Below are positions 14,961 through 25,300 of a stretch of 64,000 bases of DNA, piece by piece. The notes beneath the pieces were generated by a model. The model was not told the origin of the DNA. It saw only the letters and a list, made by a program, of their open reading frames with translations, and made no database searches. Source of the stretch: Methanobacteriota archaeon (GTDB lineage: Archaea; Thermoplasmatota; Poseidoniia; Poseidoniales; Thalassarchaeaceae). The position numbers and the translations under genes were made by a program. The stretch is taken from assembly GCA_002730095.1 (NCBI GenBank), contig PBZE01000042.1, positions 623 to 64,622 of the forward strand, written 5' to 3'. Positions within the stretch are counted from its first letter, which is position 1; each line of letters opens with the position of its first letter.

Positions 14961-16166
14961 ATGAACGAGCTCATGAGCCTGTTATTCATTGCTCTGGGAA
15001 TCGTTGTCGGCTGGCTAGCTGCTTCTCAGAAGGCCAAGACTGAAGTGATTAGATCCGAGGAGAGATTGGCTGCCATAGAAAATGGTCGTGAATTAATGGC
15101 TACGCAAATGGAAAGCGTCGCTTCGCGAGTCACTCGACAGAACTCTGAAGACTTTCTCAAGCTTGCAGAAGCTCGCCTTGGGAAGGTAAATGCTGAAGCT
15201 GAGAAAGATCATGTGGCTCGACGAAATGAAATTGAATCTCTTCTCGCCCCGATGAGTAAGTCTCTCGAGGACTTAGAAAAATTCTCCAAGGATCTAGAGA
15301 AGGAGAGAATTGGGGCATATGCCGGCATAAAGCGACAGATTGAGACTTTGGGGGATCGGGCAGATAAGCTAGGCACCGAAGCCTCAAACTTGTCGACCGC
15401 CTTGCGAAAGAGCTCAAATGTTCGAGGAGATTGGGGAGAAGTTGCACTTCGGAACCTTCTGGAAATGGCTGGAATGACCAAACACACCGATTTCCTTGAG
15501 CAGAAAGGTGCAGGGGGATTGATTCCAGATATGGTCGTCAGATTGCCCGGCGACGGTGCGATACCCATCGATGCAAAAACTAGTGGAAAGCACTATTTGG
15601 AAGCGTTGGAGCTAGAAGAAGGAGATGCAAGAAAGGCTAAGCTAGTTCAACATGCTAAAGCGATGCGCGAACGCGTGACGGATCTTACTAGGAAGGAGTA
15701 TCTCTCAAAGGTCAATGGCAGGGCTGATTTCGTTGTCATGTTTGTCCCCTCTGAGGCTTTAATCTCTGTTGCATTCGAAGTCGATCCGTCATTACATTCC
15801 GACGCAATGGACAGAGGCGTGGTGATTACATCTCCAGCTTCCTTGATTGCCCTTCTACGCACCGCTGCTCTGTATTGGCAACAGGTAAGATTTGCCGAGG
15901 AGGCTAAGGATGTGGTAGAAGTCGCTCAAGAATTTTACAAGCGAATGGCAGTATGGTCGGAACATTTCTCGAAGGTCGGAGAGGGGTTGGACAAAGCTAC
16001 GGACTTTTACAACAAAGCAGTCGGTTCTTGGGAAACCAACGTTCTTCCACAGGGACGACGTCTTGAGGAGCTTGATATCGCTACAAATCTTCCAAAGTCC
16101 CTGAGGGAGCCCAAGAAGATTAGTGAGAGTATTCGTGAGCCCTCGGTGCTTGATACGGAAGAGTAG
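14961..16166 (+). CDS. rmuC: DNA recombination protein RmuC
   Basis: It has an N-terminal TM helix, a long coiled-coil region, and a C-terminal nuclease-like core with PDMVVRLP, IPIDAK and DFVVMFVPSEA, all typical of RmuC. Confidence 0.75.
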   Translation: MNELMSLLFIALGIVVGWLAASQKAKTEVIRSEERLAAIENGRELMATQMESVASRVTRQNSEDFLKLAEARLGKVNAEAEKDHVARRNEIESLLAPMSKSLEDLEKFSKDLEKERIGAYAGIKRQIETLGDRADKLGTEASNLSTALRKSSNVRGDWGEVALRNLLEMAGMTKHTDFLEQKGAGGLIPDMVVRLPGDGAIPIDAKTSGKHYLEALELEEGDARKAKLVQHAKAMRERVTDLTRKEYLSKVNGRADFVVMFVPSEALISVAFEVDPSLHSDAMDRGVVITSPASLIALLRTAALYWQQVRFAEEAKDVVEVAQEFYKRMAVWSEHFSKVGEGLDKATDFYNKAVGSWETNVLPQGRRLEELDIATNLPKSLREPKKISESIREPSVLDTEE

Positions 16167-16196
16167 GATGATGTACAGTAGCCTTCTCGTACATGC

Positions 16197-16778
16197 ATGA
16201 TTGAGTGGCAAACAGGGAGCTACCACCCAGTAGTATTCCTTCCGGATGAGTATGAAGTCAGAGACTTCACTACAGGAGATTATACTCCTTCGGAATATGA
16301 ATTTGATATTGGCAGATATGATGAATTACGTCCCGGAATGTACTCAACAGAACTTTTCTCTGATGGAAGATTTCTACACATTGGAGTCGATATTGGCGCC
16401 CCTGTTGGAACTCCTTGTATGGCATTTGAGGAGGGAGAGATAGCCTACTTCGGATACAATCCTGATGATGGAGATTATGGAAATGTGATCGTTACTAAGC
16501 ATCTGGTGGACGGCACACCGGTTTGGGCACTCTATGGCCATCTCAGTTCCAGTTCCATCGAGGGGAAAGGTGTCGGCGAGAAAATCTCAAGAGGAGAGGT
16601 GATAGGATGGATGGGCGATAGACATGAGAATGGTGGCTGGGAGTCCCATCTTCATTTTCAGTTATCCCTGTTTGACCCGGGGACGCATGATATGCCAGGG
16701 GTTGTTTCACCCGAGGATCGTTTGGAGGCCCTCATAAAATATCCAGACCCAAGGCTCGTGTTGGGACCAATCTACTGA
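16197..16778 (+). CDS. M23-family (LytM-like) zinc metallopeptidase
   Basis: M23 signatures are present: HIGVDIGAPVGTP (HxxxD), YGNVIVTKH, ALYGHLSS, GEVIGWMG and SHLHFQL (HxH). No signal peptide is apparent. Confidence 0.75.
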   Translation: MIEWQTGSYHPVVFLPDEYEVRDFTTGDYTPSEYEFDIGRYDELRPGMYSTELFSDGRFLHIGVDIGAPVGTPCMAFEEGEIAYFGYNPDDGDYGNVIVTKHLVDGTPVWALYGHLSSSSIEGKGVGEKISRGEVIGWMGDRHENGGWESHLHFQLSLFDPGTHDMPGVVSPEDRLEALIKYPDPRLVLGPIY

Positions 16779-17848
16779 ATATCAGAAAGATGCTTCTTTA
16801 GCTCGGGAATAGGGTCCATCGAAGTTGGATTGACGCCCCTAATTAGAGCCAAGGAAATTGATACCCAATCAGACAAATGAGCTGCGTAAACCATTCTTTC
16901 TAGAAGGGTGCCTCCCTCGCAGAATATTTTCCAAACATTTTTTCTATCCAAATTTTCCTCCATCCATGAGATTCTAGAATCGGTTCTGTCATCCATGCCT
17001 TCACAAAGCATGATGATGAGTGCCCTATCAATCTTCGATTCATTATACCATGCAACTATCTCATTATGATTCATCTCTGGAACCACGGAGTATTTTGCAA
17101 AGGCCTCTGAGTTCTCGTTGATCTGACAAGTGAGCCTGTAAGCTGGAGCTTCTAGTATACTTGGGCACACTATTCCTATCTCCATATCAACTAGATTCCT
17201 CGATAGAGTCTCGGACATGCCATTCCCGCCAACAAAATCTAGCTTCTTTGATGACTCCCTTAATCTGGAGATCATTCTTATTATTTCTTCTTCGGATGGG
17301 CGATTAAGAATTCCCAATGACCAACATACCGCTAGTTGTGACCCTAATATGTGTCCAAATGCGGACCTAGGCATCTGCCCACTGGGTATTGAAATGTGCA
17401 TAGTTCCCTGATATGCGCCTAAAACCTCAGGCATCCTACCTCCAGAAGATATTCCTATAACGGTGCCTCCAGATTCCAATGCTTCCTTGACCCCGTCCAA
17501 TGTCTCTTCCGTATTTCCAGAGTATGAAGTTGCGATGATTAGCCAATCTGGACCCCACCAATTAGGCAGTCCATAATCTGTCCACACGACAAATGGAAGC
17601 CCTCCTTCTTCGTCCGAGATAGTTTTCAGGAATCTACCAGAAGACCCAGAACCCCCCATTCCAAGGAACAATACACCGGTCCAGTCAGAGTCTGGAGACA
17701 GATCGATCTTCATGCACATAGCGGCCTCAAGGTCATCGACGAAAGATCTGGTAAACTCGCACATGCCCTCTTCATCGAGAGATTCTTCCAATGAACTGAG
17801 TGAACTAGTAGGCATTCTCAACTCCTCCTTGATGGTATGGCTAACCAC
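16772..17848 (-). CDS. Bifunctional phosphoglucose/phosphomannose isomerase (SIS domain)
   Basis: It has GMGGSGSSG and SYSGNTEETL, the SIS-domain hallmarks of the archaeal/bacterial PGI/PMI family. The length of ~350 aa also fits. Confidence 0.7.
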   Translation of the reverse strand: MVSHTIKEELRMPTSSLSSLEESLDEEGMCEFTRSFVDDLEAAMCMKIDLSPDSDWTGVLFLGMGGSGSSGRFLKTISDEEGGLPFVVWTDYGLPNWWGPDWLIIATSYSGNTEETLDGVKEALESGGTVIGISSGGRMPEVLGAYQGTMHISIPSGQMPRSAFGHILGSQLAVCWSLGILNRPSEEEIIRMISRLRESSKKLDFVGGNGMSETLSRNLVDMEIGIVCPSILEAPAYRLTCQINENSEAFAKYSVVPEMNHNEIVAWYNESKIDRALIIMLCEGMDDRTDSRISWMEENLDRKNVWKIFCEGGTLLERMVYAAHLSDWVSISLALIRGVNPTSMDPIPELKKHLSDIQ

Positions 17849-18876
17849 TCGCCCTGTATGAATCCAATGCGCATAGACTTAGATTTAGCATCATCGTCAT
17901 ATGGCAATGCCACAGTGACTACTTTGTAATCCAGGGGCTCCATGACTTCAACTGCCGAGCTGTCCCTATTCAGTATTTCAACCGTGAATTGCTCACTCTC
18001 TGGACAAATGACCACAGAACCCTCCATGTCTCTCCATGAAGCCCCGGATCTCTCGAATCTATTCATTTTCTTGAGTATTGGACCGTCTTTTTGCCAGCTA
18101 TCTACAATCCAAAGCTCCTTCCTGAATCTTATCACATCTCCGATTCCATAAGCTGGTTTTCTGTAGCTTAGAGTCAATCTGGTGACCTCTATCCCATCAT
18201 TAGCGCCTACTACTGTTGAGGTTTCCTTTACGGTTCCTCCAAATTTTCTAACCAGGTTTCTGGCCCATCTTCTAGCCATGGCTTTAGATCCCAATTTCAA
18301 ATCCCAGCCCCCAGTAACTGGGCCTTCTTCGGAGATGAAGAACATTTGATCTGCTTCCATCTCGGAAAGCATCTCGTCGAGAGTACCCCTGAGTGATTTC
18401 AGCTCAGATTCAGAAAGCCTCCTGCCCGCGGACCTCAGTTGCATAACTGCCTCGAAGTAGGAACCGGCCTTTCTGGTGCAGGTCGGACACACAGCGTTAC
18501 TTGTTTGTAAAAGGACCTCATGGGAATCTGAAAACTCATAATTCTCAATTTTTCCCGAGACATTCACGTGTAGCCTACTCGTCCTTTCGTCGATTTCCTC
18601 TACGGAGAATTCTACTGAGACCTGCTTGGCCCTATCCTCGACACCGAGATTCCCCCTTATCCTCAAGTCGGCTAAATCATTGGCCCCAATTTCGGACCAT
18701 CTGCCCCTAATCTCATGAAATCCACACTTTGAGCACCTATCCTGCTGGATTCTTTCCGGCATCTTAGACAAATGTGTCCTGTCCCTTAGACATGCTTCGC
18801 ACATTCTTTCTGACGTGAGGGGAGGGGGGCCGCCACAAACTATGCAGAACTCGCCCTCAGACATGTCTCTCATCAA
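17818..18876 (-). CDS. NMD3-family protein (archaeal homologue of the 60S export adaptor)
   Basis: The N-terminal four-CxxC arrangement is present: CIVCGG...CEAC...CSKCG...W, then CPTC. The size and layout are typical of archaeal NMD3. Confidence 0.65.
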   Translation of the reverse strand: MMRDMSEGEFCIVCGGPPPLTSERMCEACLRDRTHLSKMPERIQQDRCSKCGFHEIRGRWSEIGANDLADLRIRGNLGVEDRAKQVSVEFSVEEIDERTSRLHVNVSGKIENYEFSDSHEVLLQTSNAVCPTCTRKAGSYFEAVMQLRSAGRRLSESELKSLRGTLDEMLSEMEADQMFFISEEGPVTGGWDLKLGSKAMARRWARNLVRKFGGTVKETSTVVGANDGIEVTRLTLSYRKPAYGIGDVIRFRKELWIVDSWQKDGPILKKMNRFERSGASWRDMEGSVVICPESEQFTVEILNRDSSAVEVMEPLDYKVVTVALPYDDDAKSKSMRIGFIQGEWLAIPSRRS

Positions 18877-18933
18877 TTGCGCCCGTGCCCACAGTTAGAA
18901 GGGTTCCCGATGCCGATCAATATTCATAAGACT

Positions 18934-19074
18934 CTATTCCTCTTCGTAGACAATAGAAATCTCATTGATTTTTGAGGATAGTTTTACGATGCTTGAACGC
19001 AGGTGATTAACATAGAATGCTATGATGGCAGACATAATTGCGTAAGCCAAAATCAATTCAGCGGTCCCCGTCAT
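18934..19074 (-). CDS. ccmD: Candidate heme exporter protein D (CcmD), 46 aa, absent from the ORF track
   Basis: My own translation is MTGTAELILAYAIMSAIIAFYVNHLRSSIVKLSSKINEISIVYEEE. Its ATG overlaps the ccmC stop (CAATGA at 19076-19071). It has a single hydrophobic helix and then a charged tail. Size, topology and position after ccmC fit CcmD, but the sequence is too short for confident homology. Confidence 0.45.
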   Translation of the reverse strand: MTGTAELILAYAIMSAIIAFYVNHLRSSIVKLSSKINEISIVYEEE

Positions 19075-19796
19075 TGGTTCACCTCGTCCAACCTTCTCTT
19101 AGCTTGTTCAACTCTGTCTTCTAATCTCAAAAGTGAGTCGCTAAGCATTGACAGGCCAATAAAGAGTACCATGAACGAAATAGTGCCGAACATCAGAACA
19201 GCCCTCATCATGGGGTCGAGTCCCGCCCCCTCGCCGTCAACTACAACTATGCCTGGGTGCCTTTTCTGATACAGGGTTGTCGCAATTGCTGTAATTGGCA
19301 CCAAGGCGAAACCAAACAGGCCAATTGCAGCAAGCGTATCCCTTGTCTCTTGGCCATCGGGCTGAGATCTCCTTGAAAGAACGAGAAATAACGCCACACC
19401 CGTGAGTAAAGCGAACGTGTTGAGCCTTAGATCGCCCCAATCCCAAGGGACGCCCCATTCTACCGAGCCCCATATGGGTCCTGAAGTGACCACTCCTGCT
19501 CCGAAAAGTAGGCCTAGGTCTGAGCCGGTTGATACCCATCTCCAACCCCACTCTGATCGATTCCTATACCATGACAAAGCGCCGATAAATAGCATACTGA
19601 AGGCCATGAATGATGACCATGCAAAGGGGACATGCCAGTAGAAAATTCTCTGTGCTTCCGGAGCGTTCCAAGCTATTGGGTCAACTCCAGGAGCATAGAA
19701 TACGCCCAAAAGTGCTGTACTTATTATTCCAAATATTCCTATTGAAGTTACTATGATTCCATTCCTTATCTTAATAGATAGGTCGGGGTACATCAT
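19071..19796 (-). CDS. ccmC: Heme exporter protein C (CcmC)
   Basis: It has the tryptophan-rich WWD motif (IWGSVEWGVPWDWGDLRLN), flanking conserved His contexts (YWHVPF; QKRHPG) and about 6 TM helices. Confidence 0.85.
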   Translation of the reverse strand: MMYPDLSIKIRNGIIVTSIGIFGIISTALLGVFYAPGVDPIAWNAPEAQRIFYWHVPFAWSSFMAFSMLFIGALSWYRNRSEWGWRWVSTGSDLGLLFGAGVVTSGPIWGSVEWGVPWDWGDLRLNTFALLTGVALFLVLSRRSQPDGQETRDTLAAIGLFGFALVPITAIATTLYQKRHPGIVVVDGEGAGLDPMMRAVLMFGTISFMVLFIGLSMLSDSLLRLEDRVEQAKRRLDEVNQ

Positions 19797-19833
19797 AACT
19801 TGCCAGAGGCCTCACAGTCAAGAATGCTGTTCT

Positions 19834-21246
19834 CTAGGCATCAGGAATAAAAATTGCAACGGCCCAGACCATCAGGGAGATTATACTAGCGAATATCAAT
19901 GACATTAGAGGGCTAGATGTTGAAAGATCCCAAGTCATACCAGTATCAAGAATCATTGAAAGAGCGTCGACTAACTGAATAAATGGCCAAATAAGAACAA
20001 CCAACAGAAGGGAGGCGACGGCCGCGCTAGACCTCCTCAAGTCGGAGACTAGCAGATGCAATGCGGTTGCAGCACATGAAATATCCATAATAACCAATGA
20101 TGGCAACCATAGCCAGTAAATCGTGCCTTGGTCGATATTTCCAGAGATTGATCCCTCGAGGACGAACCATGAGAGGTACGTCAAAGGTATTGGAAGGATT
20201 ATTGAGGCTGCCAAAACAGAAGTCGCCGGACGAATCTGTGGACCGCAAATCGCTGACCACCATTTCCCACAATCCTGCTCGGATAATCTAAGGATCATCG
20301 CTGGTGAGACTACGGCAGAAATGAATGCCGGGGCCAAGATTAATGCAGAAAATAATTCATAGTCTGAATTCATCGCATTTGTTCTTCCGACTATCGAATA
20401 AGACAGCAATAGGGCCAAGATAGCAGGAGTGGCTTTACCAATGGTATCTATTGGGTTTCTACTCTCGATAGATAACCCCCATGAAAAAAATGAGGAGATA
20501 GTCTGACTAGATTTTTCCGTTGAAAATTTTCTTTCCTTGAATTCCTGCTTTCCGATAGAATTGGATGTTTCAGAAATCTTTCCGGATTCCACCCTCACGA
20601 TTCTTGTCGAGTATGACATGATTTCCTCGTCATGTGTCGCGATGACAGCTGCATTACCTTTCTCGGAGAGCTCACATATCCAGCTCTTTAGTACACCCCT
20701 TGAGAATGAGTCTAGTCCTTCAGAAGGCTCGTCTAGGAATATCATCCTCGGAGTTTCGCAAAACAACGCTGGGGCCATTCCGGAGAGTACAGCGAGGCGC
20801 CTTCTGAGTCCTGCAGATAGTTGCGACACCCTATCCTCGCTTCTGTGGGATAGCCCCCATTCATCCAAGGCCGTAATAATCTCATCTTGATTGAGATTGA
20901 GGCCAGAAACTTTCAATGCAATCTCGAGTCTTTCTCTGACCTTTTCCTCGCCGCAAATTCCATCTGATTGTAGAGTCAATCCAAACGGCAATGGCTTTCT
21001 CCTAGTTCCCAGATGGTCCCTTACAATTAGCGGCTCCCCATCGTTTGATATCCATTTCACTTGACCTGAGGTTATAGGAAGGATTCCAATCAGAGATTCG
21101 ATCATGGTGGTCTTTCCTGAACCATTCTCTCCAGTGAGGCAAACGATATCCCCCTGGCTTAACTGGAAGTCTAGATTCTTGATGACGACCCGAGTTCCCC
21201 TAGACACGCTAAGGTTGCTCGTCTCGAGCATCGGCCCCTGCGTCAT
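19834..21246 (-). CDS. ABC ATPase fused to a polytopic membrane domain (CcmA-CcmB-like fusion by context)
   Basis: The N-terminal half has Walker A (GENGSGKTT), the signature LSAGLRRRLAV and Walker B (IFLDEPSEGLD). The C-terminal ~220 aa have about 6 hydrophobic helices. The gene lies directly upstream of ccmC. Identifying the membrane half as CcmB rests on context only. Confidence 0.6.
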   Translation of the reverse strand: MTQGPMLETSNLSVSRGTRVVIKNLDFQLSQGDIVCLTGENGSGKTTMIESLIGILPITSGQVKWISNDGEPLIVRDHLGTRRKPLPFGLTLQSDGICGEEKVRERLEIALKVSGLNLNQDEIITALDEWGLSHRSEDRVSQLSAGLRRRLAVLSGMAPALFCETPRMIFLDEPSEGLDSFSRGVLKSWICELSEKGNAAVIATHDEEIMSYSTRIVRVESGKISETSNSIGKQEFKERKFSTEKSSQTISSFFSWGLSIESRNPIDTIGKATPAILALLLSYSIVGRTNAMNSDYELFSALILAPAFISAVVSPAMILRLSEQDCGKWWSAICGPQIRPATSVLAASIILPIPLTYLSWFVLEGSISGNIDQGTIYWLWLPSLVIMDISCAATALHLLVSDLRRSSAAVASLLLVVLIWPFIQLVDALSMILDTGMTWDLSTSSPLMSLIFASIISLMVWAVAIFIPDA

Positions 21247-21299
21247 GCTTGTCGGAGTAGTATCGGTCGTTTGAGTCGTTCCATCCCAATAATTGCTAT

Positions 21300-22331
21300 T
21301 TGTTAGATGCTAGTGGAAGGGACATGAGCGCGATTATGGGGCTTGGCCTGTTTGAGTACTCGGTAGTTCTGGCCTTTGTTGTCGCCGGCATATTGCCTTA
21401 CATCTCAGCAGTTAGAGGGGGGACTAGTGTCGCTCTTGCTACGATCCTTTCACTTCTACTAGTTTCATTCGTGCAATTCTCAAATTCGATGATTCTCGGA
21501 GTTCCAATCCAACTTGGCTTTCTTGGATGGCCACTGGAAGTTTTTGGATCCATTCCTTCGATTTCTTCATCTCCCTTTGAGTCATACAGGATGTTCACAA
21601 GCGCGTGGATGCATGGCAGTTGGACCCATGTTCTTGGCAATATTCTCGTCATAGGACTGGTAGGCATACCTCTGGAGCAAAGAATGGGCGGCAAGAGGTG
21701 GATGGCAGTCTATTTTATCGGACTACTAGGTGGGAATATAGCATGGATTTTGACCCATCCTAATTCCAGCATTCCAACTGTGGGGGCCAGTGGTGCAGTG
21801 TTTGGGATTCTTGGAGCTTATATGGCATGCTGGCCGAGTGACAGAGTAGAGTTCCCCGTATTGTTCTTCATCCGGCCTTGGCCCATCTGGGTTATTGCCT
21901 TGGTTTACGTTGGATTCGAAGTATGGGTAATGAACGACCAACAATACCTAGCGGGTTCCAGTGTAGCCCATATGGCCCACATAGGGGGGTTCTTGTTGTC
22001 CTACACGTTCGCACGATCTATCGCCAAGGGGGGACCTCATTTGATTGAGGGGTCAATAGATGATGAAGGCAGACATTCAGAAGGGAGAATTCCTGATCTT
22101 GGGATTGACCCATGGAAATTACAGGGCATGGTGTTAGAAGGGCCTGCAGCGAGGGTTCTTGAGAAGTTAAAAACTGAAGGGGATGAGGTTGAGACAAGAA
22201 GAGCGTGGCTTGAGGAACTATCGGAGCATGTCCTATGCCCGACTTGCGAGGGTGAAATAATCTGTATCACAGAAAATGGACGTACATGGATAGAGTGCGG
22301 GGTCTCGAGTAAGCACCTAAGGTGGCCATAG
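21300..22331 (+). CDS. Rhomboid-family intramembrane serine protease with a C-terminal Cys-rich (zinc-ribbon-like) tail
   Basis: It has WTHVLGNILV (the HxxxN region), GASGAVFGILGAY (catalytic Ser) and AHMAHIGGF (catalytic His). The cytosolic tail ends CPTCEGEIICITENGRTWIECGVSSKH. The likely start is ATG 21324. Confidence 0.85.
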   Translation: MLDASGRDMSAIMGLGLFEYSVVLAFVVAGILPYISAVRGGTSVALATILSLLLVSFVQFSNSMILGVPIQLGFLGWPLEVFGSIPSISSSPFESYRMFTSAWMHGSWTHVLGNILVIGLVGIPLEQRMGGKRWMAVYFIGLLGGNIAWILTHPNSSIPTVGASGAVFGILGAYMACWPSDRVEFPVLFFIRPWPIWVIALVYVGFEVWVMNDQQYLAGSSVAHMAHIGGFLLSYTFARSIAKGGPHLIEGSIDDEGRHSEGRIPDLGIDPWKLQGMVLEGPAARVLEKLKTEGDEVETRRAWLEELSEHVLCPTCEGEIICITENGRTWIECGVSSKHLRWP

Positions 22332-22356
22332 TGCGAGAAAATGAGTCATAGACAGG

Positions 22357-25300
22357 TTGGGATTATACAGCGTCGGCAATTGGCTCTCTAAGAGAGCCAT
22401 GGCAAGAGCGTCAACTTCACTAACTCCAGTCCTCGTTTCTTTGATGCTTCTCATGCTCGATGTTTCTATCGCAGTGAGTGGCAATGACTGGGAAATCGAA
22501 GATGGGACGGAGTCTGGCGATTCTTCGGACATTGGCTACGCTGACAAAATTCCTGCGCTGATGTGCGGGAGTGAAGAATGTCCAGAGAAAGACAGGTCGC
22601 CTTATCTCCCTCCAAATGATGTTGAATGGCCGGTTCAGGAACCGGGTTGGTGGTTTAACTTCTGGAATGACAAGGACGGTAATGGGATGGATGATCGTTT
22701 ACAGTGGATAATTTCCGGAGAGAGAGATTCCGTCTCGACCAGTGCCATTATGGGAACTGATGGAAGAATGACTGTGGCTATTTTTGTCTGTTACTCGTGG
22801 CATCCCGGCGAATCAGATGTAGCTCGACTGAAGGAGGTTCTTTCGAACCACGGGTGGGATGAATTCGAGACCTACTTCCGAACAGTTGACATTCTGGACA
22901 CAATAATTGTCGAGCATGTCCCGGTGAGTTCATTAATTGATATCCTGATGCTTGAGGGAGTAGTTCTAGTTGAGCAGCAAGATGTCCTCGTACCTTATCT
23001 GAATACAGCCACCAAGGGATCCAAAGTCAGGTCCTCAGACATATTTTCAGAGACTATGATGGATTATGGATACGATGGTTCAGGAGTTGTAATCGCGATA
23101 GCGGACACAGGTGTTGATAATGAGCATTTTTCATTAGATGATTTCTCTGATGACAACACTGACAATGAAGCAGAGCCGGACGAATTACCGGATCCTAAAT
23201 GGGTGGCCGGATGTGATTCGACATCATGGAATCAACAAGATTGTGATGATGGGGCAGACGATCCTGATGATGGGGACGGCCATGGGACTCACGTTGCTGG
23301 TATCGCTCTTGGGACAGGGGGGCCAGATAGGGAAAATCAGGGTTATGCGCCAGGCGCATATTTGGTTGATATCAAAGTCATGACAGATGCAGGCGCATCC
23401 AATTCCGGCTACACGGTGGCAGGTATTAACTGGGCAGTACAGAATGTCGATACTGATTGGGGGAATAATGACTCTAGCAGAGGGATTGACATTCTATCAA
23501 TGTCATTCGGCAGTGGCTCGAATCCAGCAGGAGGAGAGGACCCGGGAGACAATGGAACCAGTCAGGATTCTTTGGCCGTTAATGCTGCATCTGAAGCAGG
23601 TATTGTTTGTGTCGCCGCGATTGGTAATGATGGGTACCGAAGAGTCACTTCAGTGGGAGCGGCGGACTCTGCCATTACCGTGGGCTCTATCGATGACAAG
23701 GCTAGTATCGAAAGAGGCGATGACTCAATCTCATCTTTTTCTAACTCGGGACCTAGGGAAGATGATGGCGATGATAATGAATGGGACGAGCTCAAGCCAG
23801 ATGTTGTAGGGCCTGGCTCGAACATAATGTCAGCGCAGCATGCCGCCTCAAGTTCTTCCCTCCCCGGCTCTGCTAAACCATTGGCAAGTGATAATTACGT
23901 TCAGAAGTCAGGAACAAGTATGTCGACTCCAGCAGTGGCTGGATTTATTGCGGCGATGCTGCAGATGGATGAAGACCTGACTCCTCAAGAAGTAAAGGAT
24001 ATACTACGAAATAACTCTGAAACTAGAGGTGGTTCGTCGGCTCCGGAGATCACCGAAAGGTGGAATGATCAGTATGGTTTTGGGATTATTGACGGCGAAA
24101 TGGTGATGCAGGCAATTCTGGGCGACAACAATGGAGGAGGAGATGGAAATGATACGACTCCACCGCCCACAGGTACTGAGGAGTGGGTGATTATTGAAAC
24201 GCCTGAGGAGGACTCATGGCTTGTAGAGGGAGAAACGTATAGTGTTCGTGGCCACATCGATGAAGATGCCGATACAAATGGGACTATCGAAGAGGTGAAC
24301 GTCAGTATCTCGTATAGATATCGGCCAGAAGAAGGCCCGAGACAGACTGCTATTTTGGTTGACTGGCATGTAGTACAGGGGACTCTTAATTGGTCGACGC
24401 CCTTTTCCATCCCTGAATTCACAGAGGATGAGATCGATGTGGAAGACATAATCATCAAGGTGAAGGCCAGGAATGAGTTCAACGTATGGAGTGAAATGGA
24501 GCAAAGTGAACATCCAGTCGGCTTGGTTGAAGTTAGTCTTGGAGGCCCCAGTGGACAAAGTCCGGTATCGGGAAATACGAATATTTTCGGTGGATGGGAG
24601 TCAGTAAATGGTGGAGAAATTCAATGGAGGCTGGGAACTGATGAATGGGAGACTGCTGAGCAATTTGGAGGATCCGGAAGTAGCTCAGGAGATTGGTCGG
24701 TTAGTTGGGACACTAGATCAGTAAACGATGGATTCTACCGCATATCAGTAAGGGTAGTGAGTGGAGATGGAATTTTCTCAGAGGAGGTCAGAAGGACTGT
24801 AGAAGTGGATAACGACCCCCCTGCCCCAGACCTTATTTTCCGAAGTGGGATAACGATTAGTGAATATGGCTTACCTATTGCTGAAACCTATGTTAACACA
24901 TTCCTTGAAGTCAGTTGTGAAGTGAGAAATGACGGCGACTTAGATGCGACTGAGGTCACCATTTATCTCAAGGAAAATGGGGCTAGGAAAGACGAAGTCG
25001 TCATCCCAAGTATTGGCAGCGGGGACATAGTAGAAATTGTTCTGTATTGGAATCCTCTCAGCCTAGGAGATCGCTCACTTACAGTATCCTTAGATCCAAC
25101 AAATGAAATTGACGAGATAAATGAGGGGGACAACGAGCAGACTGCGGAGTTTCCAGTACTGGAAAGGCCCCAAGGGGTCGATTTATCATTTAGAGAGGGA
25201 GCAGTCAGGACCGAGCCTCCGGTTCCGAGGCCTAATGAACAATTTTTGATCACTGCCAGAGTGGATAACTTGGGTTCGAGTGACGCTAGGGATATTGAAG

